Origin: Ophelia neglecta
Lineage: Eukaryota
Length of the DNA: 64,000 nucleotides
NCBI GenBank assembly: GCA_965285935.1
Contig: OZ260661.1
Coordinates: forward strand, 43,338,001-43,402,000
Direction of reading: 5' to 3'
The position numbers were made by a program, and so were the translations under genes. Positions 44,770 through 54,600 of this stretch are shown here, in pieces. How positions within the stretch are numbered: the first letter of the stretch is position 1; every line of letters starts with the position of its first letter. The notes below the pieces were generated by a model. It did not search any database, was not told where the DNA came from, and saw only the letters and a program-made list of their open reading frames with translations.

Positions 44770-45396
44770 TGTAAAAACCCCAAAGCTTGTAAGTTATGTA
44801 AGAAACCTGAACATGGTGAAACAGAAGAGTGTGAGGCAAGAGCCAAAACTCCTATAAAATCAATAGAAGTTCTAGGAGGACCAGAAGATCCCCTATCAAC
44901 ATTCCATCAGGAGGAAATCAAAGTTTTTGGATATACTTTCCTAACTTCTCAACAAGCATATGAATATGCAAAGGCCATAAGGAGGGGAGAGAGTAAGATC
45001 GCTGAAAATATTTTAGGATCTAACTCACCGGCCTTCGCCAAAGCTCAGGCAAAATACCTCAAGTTTGACCCAGGGTGGCAAAGACAGAAGAGGGATGTTA
45101 TGAAACAAGTTCTAAAGGCAAAGAGTGAGCAATCAGCAACCTTCAGGGAAAGGCTTACATCAACAGACAGGACCAGGATTGTTGAAGCTCGGCGTGACAG
45201 CTATTGGGGCAATGGACTAGATGCAGTGGAAACAACAGGAGTGAAAATTCAGTATTGGCCTGGTCAAAATGAACTAGGGAAGATATTGGAGGAGATCAGG
45301 AATGGTGACAAGAAAGGAGGAAAGAAGGCTGATGGAAAGACTGAACAAGAAGGGGTAGTAACAAGAGGAACATTGAAGTCAGTTAATTCCAGTTAA
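44770..45396 (+). CDS. LINE ORF1 C-terminal part: CCHC-type zinc knuckle + NADAR (YbiA-like) domain + basic tail; 5' end lost
   Basis: Knuckle CKLCKKPEHGETEEC (C-x2-C-x4-H-x5-C, 44788-44832). NADAR-like motifs in order at 44863-45300: PLSTF, TSQQAYEYAKA, SPAFAK, W...K.DVMKQVLKAK, RLTST...IVEA, RDSYWGNG, GQNELGKILEEIR. The first 9 residues in the ORF track come from flanking DNA and the TSD, not from the element. Confidence 0.9.
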   Translation, partial: CKNPKACKLCKKPEHGETEECEARAKTPIKSIEVLGGPEDPLSTFHQEEIKVFGYTFLTSQQAYEYAKAIRRGESKIAENILGSNSPAFAKAQAKYLKFDPGWQRQKRDVMKQVLKAKSEQSATFRERLTSTDRTRIVEARRDSYWGNGLDAVETTGVKIQYWPGQNELGKILEEIRNGDKKGGKKADGKTEQEGVVTRGTLKSVNSS

Positions 45397-45557
45397 ATGT
45401 TCTACATTACAGGTTCATTTAATCCGGGCAAAGGAGATATTTATATCAGGTTATATTGTGTAAGCATCTCTGTTCCAGTAGTACTGGACTGTAGTAATTA
45501 TCTAACTAATTATTTAGCTTATTATAAAATGATTTGTGTGCTTGAAACTTCCCAGGT

Positions 45558-48500
45558 ATGTCCATGAATGAAGATATTTTAAAGATAGCAACGATAAATG
45601 TTAGAGGTCTAAATGATTTAAAAAAGAGGAAAAAAAATATTTAAATGGATAAATGATAATGATATTCAAGTCACATATATGCAAGAAACATTTTGTACGG
45701 AACAGTTAAAACCTTATATAGAAAGCGGTTGGCAAGGAAAGTTTTTCAATGGGGTAACAGACTCCAGTCATAGTCGAGGAGTTGCCATTTTGATAAGTGA
45801 TAAGTTAAACTGTAAGGTAATTGACTGCCACAAAAGTGATGATGGTAGAAGAATTATAGTTAATGTGGACTATAAAGAAAATATTATATCATTTGTAAAC
45901 ATTTATGCACCAAACAAAGAGAAGGTTAGATGCGACTTCTATAAAAGGATCAGCACATGGGTACAAACCTGTTCAAAGAATGTCAGTAATATTGTATTAG
46001 CGGGTGACTTCAATTGTTGTATGAATGATGAAGATAGGATACCTAAGACGCATCTACACGACAAAAGCAGATTTAATCTTAGAAAACTGTCAGAAAACTT
46101 AAATCTATATGACATGTGGGTTAAACTACATGGACAGAAGTCAGGTTTCACATTCAGGGATAAACGCAATGATACAAAAAGTAGATTGGATTATATATTT
46201 TATAGTAAAAACTTTGTTTTTCAAGGTAAAAGTATTAAAATTTCACACTGTACTTTTGTACCCGATCATAAGGTTGTTATTGGGTCTTTCGAAGTTACGG
46301 GTTTTAAAAGAGGACCTGGTTATTGGAAGATGAACTGCACCTTATTAAATGAAGCAAGTTACTGCGACAGTATCTCAAAAATTGTAGATGAAGTAAAAAT
46401 AGCATGTACCTCGGCAGGTTTAAGTAAAAGACAACAATGGGAATTTCTAAAAATAAGAGTTAAAGATTTTTCAATTAAATATTCCATAGAAAGAGTTAAA
46501 TGTATGAAAAAGTATAGGTTAGTAACACAAGATAAACTTGATGAGGTGGTAGAAGAAATAGAAAATGCAAGTGATGAACAGAAAGATGAATTGGAGGAAA
46601 GAAGAAATATTTTAGAATCTGAAATAAACAGGATTTATGAAGAAAATGTCAAAGGTGCCATTATAAGAAGCAAGATAAACTGGTATGAAAATGGCGAAAA
46701 GTCCAGTAAATACTTTTGTAATCTTGAGAAAAAACGTCAATCTGACAATATAATTAGAAGAGTAGAAGGGGGTGGAAAGACCATTGATGATATGGGGGGG
46801 ATTCTAAATGAATGTGTCCTATTTTACAAAAAACTTTATAGTACAATGGATGTTAGTTCTCATGGAATTGACAAATATCTTCAAGAAATAACAGCCCCAT
46901 CTATAAATGATGCAGGCCAAAAGTTTCTCGATAGTCCTATACAAAATTCTGAGGTAAAAGATGCTATAGATAGACTTAAAGTGGAAAAATCTCCTGGGCT
47001 TGATGGCATTGGGCCAGAGTTCTACAAGAAAATGTGGCCTGTTATAGAAGATTTTTTTATTGATATGATACAGGAAACTTCAACAAAAGGTCAATTATCC
47101 TATTCTATGAGGAAATCTGTTCTTTGTTTACTACATAAAAAAGGCTCAAGAGATTCTTTAAAAAATTACAGACCTATCAGTCTTTCGAACTACGATTATA
47201 AAATTATTGCCTTCATTTTGGCTAACAGAATACAGAATATTATAAATCAACTTGTAAGTTTAGACCAAGGGGGATATATTAAAGGGAGATTCATTGGCGT
47301 TAATGCCAGAGTAATATTAGATATTTTTGAACATTGTGAACAAAACAATATACCAGGGGCTATTATCTGCCTTGATTTTGAGAAAGCCTTTGATTCTTTA
47401 GAATGGAACTTTATGTGCAAAGTATTAACAAAATTTGGTTTTGGGGTCAATTTTGTAAAATGGATTAGAATATTGTATAAACAGCCAGAAATATGTATTA
47501 AAAATAATGGATGGGTATCAGAAAGTTTTCATATGGAAAGAGGTATAAGACAGGGATGCCCAGTATCTGCCTTATTCTTTATTTTGTCCCTAGAAATGTT
47601 AGCTATTTCTATAAGAAAATGTGGAGACATTAGAGGTTTTACATTTGAGCAGGACGAGATAAAAATATCTATGTATGCGGATGATTCTACACTCCTCCTG
47701 TCAGACATTGAATCCATTATAAATTCTTGTGTAAAAATTGATAATTTTTGCAAGGTATCTGGGTTAAAAATTAATCTTGCCAAAAGTGAGGGAATATGGC
47801 TAGGCCCATATAGGGACTCTAATCAAGGTTTTAATGGGATTCCATTTACTAATAGTGCTGTAAGGTGTCTTGGAGTGTATATTGGCCACGATAAAATACA
47901 ATGTCATGAACAAAATTGGTTACACAAAGTTAAGAAATTACAATTAGCACTGAACATTTGGAAGTCACGAAAACTCTCTTTAAAAGGTAAAATATTTATT
48001 GTGAAAACTTTTGGTATTTCTCGACTAATATACACAGCCAATATACTAGAAACACCAGGTGATATTGCTAAAACTATTGAAAAAATTGTTTATAACTTTA
48101 TTTGGTCAAAACAAGATAGAATTAGAAGGAATACATTGATTGGAAATTACGAAGATGGAGGTTTAAAAATGATTGACATATCAAGCAAATTAAAGTCATT
48201 AAAAGCAACATGGATCAGTAGGATTTTACAAAATGATCATCTAAAAAATATTGTAAACCATTATATTAAGAAACAAGGACTGTACTTTGAATATCTTTTG
48301 TTAACTTCCTTCAGTAGCCACAAAGAAGTAGATGGTGTTCTATGCCTTCCACAATTCTATATTGAAGTGTTCTGTAGTTTTAATCAGTGCAAAACCAGTA
48401 CAATTGCTGGCAGCATGAACAGTTATTCAGTTATGACACAGCCTCTATGGTGTAATAAGTCATTTATCTGTAAAGGAAAATGTTTACTAATAGAGAATTG

Positions 48501-49353
48501 GGCAAAAGGTGGTTTCATGTTTGTCAAGGATATTGTTTATAACAATGCCTTTATACCTGAGCCTTTATGTATACAAAGACTCAACAAGTGTCACAACTGG
48601 ATTAGTGAATACCACTTAGTGCTCAAAAGCACTAAAGCATTGATTAGATCTTGTAAGGTGGAGCCTGGACTTCAAGTCAACTACAATGTAGATAAATACA
48701 GAGTTATTATTGATGGCAAATCATATCTGTTAAGTCAAATTTATGGTTGTAAGTCCAAATTATTTTATAATGTATATGTCAAACAGAAATTCCAGAGATC
48801 TTTTAATGAAAAATACTGGGAACGAACTTTGTCAGTGAACTTAGGAAAGGATGAATGGTGTAATATATATTATAGGAAAGTACATTGCATCCCCGATAAC
48901 AAAATAGCAGAGTTCAATTACAAACTTTTACATAGAATTATTTTATGCAGGAAAACACTTTTTAAGTGGAAAAGAGCAGAAAATAGTAACTGTCTCTCCT
49001 GTGGAGCAATGGAAGATTTGAGGCACATATATTATGCATGTACAATAGTAAATGAGTTTTGGAAGAAACTAGGTAATATAATTAAGGTTGACATTACCTG
49101 GAAACATATTGTTATTGGTTTTCCAGGAAATAATGTACATAGTAGTTTCAGAAATTTGCTAATCTCTGTAGTGAAATTTGAAATTTACCGGTTATGGTTG
49201 AAAACTTGTGACCCTAAAAATACTCTATTAAGTCGGTGTGAATTTCAAAAGTCCCTTGAAAAGAAGATAATGCATAGAATTGTATTTTGGAGTAATATTA
49301 TTACAAATAAGGATATCTTAAGGTTATGGAATACTCATTTCTCTGAGGAGTAA
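45558..49353 (+). CDS. LINE ORF2: APE endonuclease + reverse transcriptase + C-terminal CCHC finger (~1264 aa after correcting one +1 frameshift)
   Basis: EN motifs: INVRGL (upstream frame from ATG 45558), QET, SRGVAIL, NIYAPN, GDFN, SRLDY, PDH. RT motifs: KSPGLDG, NYRPISL, DFEKAFD, GIRQGCPVS, YADD, CLGV. Also YEDGGL and CLSC...HIYYAC. Open without interruption 45679-49353; the first 40 codons join if the A8 at 45630-45637 is read as A7. Confidence 0.96.
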
Positions 49354-49480
49354 CACAAGTGCAATTGTTTTTTATACTTGAAATATAGTAAAGTAAAGAT
49401 AGATGTGTATCAGCTGTAAAGGTATATAACCCTTGTTTGTAAAAGTGAAAATGAGCTCATTGTAATATATGAACTTGGCT

Positions 49481-49517
49481 AATAAACTTGTTTAAAAAAA
49501 AAAAAAAAAAAAAAAAA
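49481..49517 (+). terminator. LINE polyadenylation signal and poly(A) tail
   Basis: AATAAA at 49481-49486 followed 7 nt later by 24 A residues. Confidence 0.92.
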
Positions 49518-49532
49518 TCATGCAAATTCAGC
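49517..49532 (+). repeat. Target-site duplication, right copy
   Basis: Exact match to 44754-44769. The first A is shared with the poly(A) tail, so the TSD is 15-16 bp. Confidence 0.95.
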
Positions 49533-49800
49533 ATTTACTTAAGTTGAGAAAAGATTTAAAGATCATTTAAAGAACAACAATCAGCATTCCAAGACTATGA
49601 ATAGAAAAGTTTATAAATCATAAACCATATTAAGTCAAGTGATTACACTGCAAACCAAACATAGTTATGATCGAATAGCTATAGTAAACAATATAAGACA
49701 GGAACGTCCATAACAAAGCAATATCTACTATGGGGCCATTATATAAATTACTCAAACCATATACTATTAGATTGTCGCTGTACTACAGATATAAGGAATG
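49533..49800 (+). pseudogene. Decayed older LINE ORF2 C-terminus, right of the Tx1 insertion
   Basis: Continues the 44663 frame across the empty site (...HHANSAFT*VEKRFKDHL, like 'IKQRLKD.F'), then KPY-SQV and NHILLDCRCTTDIR (like 'HFLL.C..Y.DIR' of the terminal CCHC finger). Confidence 0.55.
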
Positions 49801-51574
49801 AATGTTTCTAGAAATACAACTTAGTTTAAACAATATCCTATGGTAAAAACCATTACACATGTTAAAGTATATATTCTGAATATGCGTTTGCATAGTCAAC
49901 AATTGCTGAACTCTGTATTCAAGTATTCATTTGCTTTGGGGGAAAAAGGGGTTGCTAAAAATGTATTTTCAGTTTTCGCCAAATAACCGTTACACTTGTA
50001 TTTTGTTGTATCTGATTTATATGCAGATGGAAATGTAGTTGCTGACCGTTTCCCTTCATGTGTTATCACATTGTAACATTATGCCAGGGGAAAAGTTCAA
50101 AGAAAACAATGAAAAACTCATGACGCTTCCCCCATGACGTGAATTTGGGAGTGCGAATAACAATAGGTATGCAGGTATAGTACTGATTAATAGTGCTAAA
50201 CGTACCATTAGTTCAGGTACACATTTGTCTTCTTTGCATTTGCTAGCCTTGTTTAAACCACCAATTAAAAGCCCCCTTTGTATTCGGGTGTTCATAATGG
50301 AACCTTCGCTGCGAACAGGCGGGTAGCTCTTGGCATGGTACTTCACATGACTATCAGTTCTTGATTGTGATATATGAGCTCTGGGTTTTGATCATTACAA
50401 ATCATGAAAACTGGATTGAATTTTTTTCTCAGCCTTTGGAAGAACGGCAAAGTTGTCCTTACTGCTTTCAGCCGTTATAGTCTGGTCCATTGAAGGCAGT
50501 TTACCCTGGCTGTTCATATCAGATCTGATTTATATTCAATCACTGTCAAATCGCGACAATGAGAATGGATAAGTTTACAATAAGCTTAGCCCTACATCAA
50601 TCTTACTCATCCTCTGTGGAATTATTCTTTACAACAACATCCATCGTTTATTGCGTCTATGATAATTCTTGTCCTAGCTCTTTACACTAATTTCCCGATG
50701 AAGCCGAAATTCCTTATCACCGTGAAATTCAATAAAGTTGCTGAGCAAGTGACCTTTTTCTATTGTCAGTATTCAGTGATTTGCCAATAGAGGAAGTGAT
50801 TTCACAGCATGTTGTCCAATAGAATGTAATATTGTTCGTCCAATTTATCTCACATTTCAAAGATTAGCACAAGCAATACGAGACAAGGCCATGTACAGCG
50901 CGTGTCGGAAAACATTAACCTCCGTCTCTTTATCCATACACAACTGTAATTCAAAGTTCCTGAGAGAGTGTTCACATTATTTACCAGGGGTTGGGGAGTC
51001 ACAAACTTTCACCATTCTCCTAGAGGAGATAACTTTCATTTGAGGAAGTTTTACTTTTTTCAGCCAAATCACAAAATCTCCGCTCTATTTTACATGTTTG
51101 TGACGAATAATTTAAAACATATTAGACACAATTTCTTCTTATTAATATCATTTTAACACATTCCCAGTCATTAGCACTATTCGCGGCTTAATAACATGCA
51201 TTTATATATATATAGATATAGATATAAATATACATATAGATAATGAATTCGCAATTAAGAGGTAAGAATATAGATCCTAATATGCCTAGTATGTTGCAGG
51301 CAAGGAGTTTTTAATATAGTTTGCTTCCCTATGAGAAGTTGAATAGTATTATGTCAGTGTATATATATCTATATATCACTGTCTCCCTCCTCTAGCTGAC
51401 ATTGTTTTAACATCTATGTGGTAAAAGACTCCAATTGCTTTGAATAATCTATTTCGTCCATCATAGGGCTATAGGCTATGTACAACGTGTTCATTCCCAA
51501 AAAACCGTGACTGGTTCACTTTTCGTGGTAAACATTAAATTACACTATAGAGGAGCTATCAATTAATAGCCCTT

Positions 51575-51610
51575 TAACCTTGTAGCTTGCGGAGACAAGC
51601 TACAAGGTTA
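51575..51610. other. Perfect 15-bp inverted repeat with 6-nt loop (possible Helitron/Helentron-type terminal hairpin)
   Basis: TAACCTTGTAGCTTG-cggaga-CAAGCTACAAGGTTA. The hairpin is certain; the transposon origin is inference. Confidence 0.6.
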
Positions 51611-54600
51611 CACTCCTCTTTGGTTTTGCTTTATTTGAGACAATTTCATACATAGGCCTAGTATCTAAAAATAATGAGAGAGCTAGGACCAACGAAGACT
51701 CGTATTTTGTGATCTTACTCGCATCGTGGAAAACCATTGGTTACTTGCAAATGATATCACTTTAATGGTTTCATTTTTATTTTCATCACAAGTTAATTTA
51801 CTGATTGGGAGCTGGGGATTGATGTATTAGGGTCTGGAGCTTCCGGTTGCGGTTGATGTTCGGACCAATCTAATGGACTATTCTTAAATAATGAATTGTC
51901 TTGTCTGCCGTGTGTCCATGTCGGACTTTTGATAAATGATTTTGCTTTGTCTACCTGGTATCGCCCCGTTTTTATTATGCCAATAACAATGAACACATGC
52001 CTACTTGCTACACGGTTACTATGGAAAGGGTTATTTTCCGACATACTTGCATTGCATTTTTCAGGAGTTAAACATTATAATTAACGTAATGTAACATAAA
52101 CTTATAATTTATGTTATGGGATCTATGTAATAGGCTAGTATTAACAAAAGACTAAATTATTAGTCAAATCTAGTGGATGAGTTAAAAATGGTTAAAATCT
52201 ATTGTTAGCCAATGAATTACAATTTTTTAGAGGAAGGTGTTAAATTAATATCATATAGTTATATTAGTTACCTGTAACCATAGAAACCATGCATATTTTA
52301 GGTTTGCAATAAAGCAAACAAATCCCAATAGGCTCTGCCCATTTACCTGTGCTTTTTCACAAAATGCATACTTCATGTACATATCGACTCCACTATATAT
52401 ATGAGAGATGAGAGGTTACGGAATTCCGAGGATGACGGTAAATTTAGTCACTAGAAGTTGTTGAACAATAAGAAGTCGATCATCAATCAAATTCTCTAAC
52501 ATAACATTTAATTGATATTTTTTTTTAAGTAAGCTTAACTTTTACAAACTGCTTTTCGTTGCCAGGGAAAATAAAAAATATGCCAAGAAGGTCATGGCGT
52601 TTTTGCTTTTTGAAATGTTTGAAAAGAAAATATTGGTAGGCAGACTTTTAATATAAGTGGGTATTATTGAAGTTAATTAGATAATTGTACCTTTGGATTT
52701 ATCAGCAATGTTTGCACCTGTATATATGGTACATTTTATCTCTGCGACTTTAGTTTGTGGCATTATATTCATGATATTACGCATGGGACATTCTATACCT
52801 TCTTATATAAGCAGTTTATGTACAATATTTAATGACAGATAAAAGAAATTAACGACAACAGTTCATTTTTTGGATTCATATTCATGTTAACCCTGCATTT
52901 ACTCCCTAGCCGACCAGCTGTATATGCCCTAATTTTGGGCTACCTTTGCTAGACACGTGCCTATTTCTTTTATACTAACTTGGTAATAAATTGGCAGTTT
53001 TATAGGGTCTAAAATTATATAATTGTATATCAGACCAGTTTGTAGAGGTATCCCAAACGTCTTCGATGATCAGAACTATGTTTTATATATAAGTGCGCGT
53101 GACGGGAATTATAGCGACATTAATTATATTCACACAATTATCACTTTTAAAGCTTAATATTTTAGTAATTAATTTGAAGTCAGATAATCTTACCACAAAC
53201 AAAAAAAGCAAATAAATCAAAACAAGTGAGCTTGATCAGATTTACCAACGTATCACTTTTATAGTTTTTGATCTTTGTATCAAAAAATCAGAGAATTTCA
53301 TAACACAAAAACAAGTTAACGACAAAAGACAAGTTATCTGTCAATAAGCTATGTTGCTTAAGCTCGTTACAGCTTTTCATTAGAAAAATACAGCACCGCG
53401 ATGTAAGAAAATGTACAGAGTGACCGGAATTGCCGACATCTGTTCTATATAATGCAGTACGCTTGATTAACAATCAGCATTATATTCCTATATAACCATT
53501 ATAACTATAGAAACACACCAAAATGCACTTTTTCATAGATTCACTGCACACGTACCTAGTCCTATTTGCTAGTAAAAGCATAGCTAACCCTGTCAACCCG
53601 GGTGTATGCAGATTTAGATAAAACACTCTGACAAAAGACGGAATAAAGAATGCAGTTGGTCTATACAAGGATTCAACTTGATGTAATGACTAAGGTCTCT
53701 GATACAAACACTTGTTAGGCTGCTATGTAACGCATCAAGAAGTGTTAATAATTAAAATAACCAGATTTAAACCACCAGGAAAGCCGTTGCGGCAAGCGCT
53801 CGCATACTGGGACAAAAAAAAATAGACAATCATTGCAGGATTGAGCGGGAGGTGTCCCTAGTCTTTTACTGATTCGGCAAACTGGACTCGACAAGAATTT
53901 TAAGCAGGAAAAGACCTTTTATATGGTAATTTCTGTAATCATAGTGAAGGTCGACGCAGGCCTCAGTGACCACTTTACAAAATGTATACTTTCGACGGCT
54001 TATCTTTGTTGATGACTGACTGGACACGAGATACGAAATGGAGTAACATAAATGACCCTAGCTCTCCCCCATTGCCTCTCCAGTGACCTGCCGGCATTGC
54101 AATTGAATTACAATATTCCAGGCTTGTCAAACACATTGGGCAAGGCCTCTTTGTGGATAGCTGCTGTAGCTTTGCCAATATGCGACATTTTCTGCAGCTT
54201 CAGGAGATTAGGTTTTGTGAGTGGGGATCAAGCATAAAAATGATAAAAGCATATACTAAATTATTTAACAGAATGATTAAGAAACTGTAATCATCCAAGG
54301 CTTTCTCGTTTATTTTCTGGACGAATACTATGATTCATTTTTATACTGAAATATGAGTTAGACAGTCAAAATAAATGGTAACAGTACAAAAAGCAGTCCC
54401 GGGCAAGAGACAACTTGCCTTCTTTTTATATAAAAAATAAGTTAACTTAAGTAACGCATGTGTGCATTTCCTTTCTATACATACCCAATTAACATGGTAG
54501 CTTCCTCCTCGCTTATTTTGATAGCTTTTCTGAGAACTCTTATTTTTTCTCGTCAATGACTTGTTAAAAACACATGGACCAAATGGGACACATAGATTTC

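Larger units (their letters stand above)
44770..49516 (+). mobile_element. Non-LTR retrotransposon (LINE), L1/Tx1 clade, 5'-truncated inside ORF1, recent insertion
   Basis: Flanked by identical 16-bp direct repeats ATCATGCAAATTCAGC (44754-44769 and 49517-49532). Ends in AATAAA (49481-49486) and an A run (49494-49517). Contains an ORF1 fragment, a 161-nt spacer and an EN-RT-CCHC ORF2 with the Tx1-typical GPGYWKMN motif after the endonuclease. Confidence 0.96.

Noticed and set aside
44863-45300. NADAR gene as bacterial contamination or a stand-alone host gene
   Set aside because: It is fused to a LINE-type zinc knuckle, lies inside the TSD pair, and the contig carries spliceosomal genes.
45939-47783. 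Short antisense and alternative-frame ORFs inside LINE ORF2 (and likewise those overlapping ZC2HC1C)
   Set aside because: Shadow frames of real coding sequence with no independent motifs.
50963-51060. GAGTGTTCACATTATTTACCAGGGG resembling the Harbinger MITE TIR
   Set aside because: Too degenerate; no partner TIR or TSD could be found.
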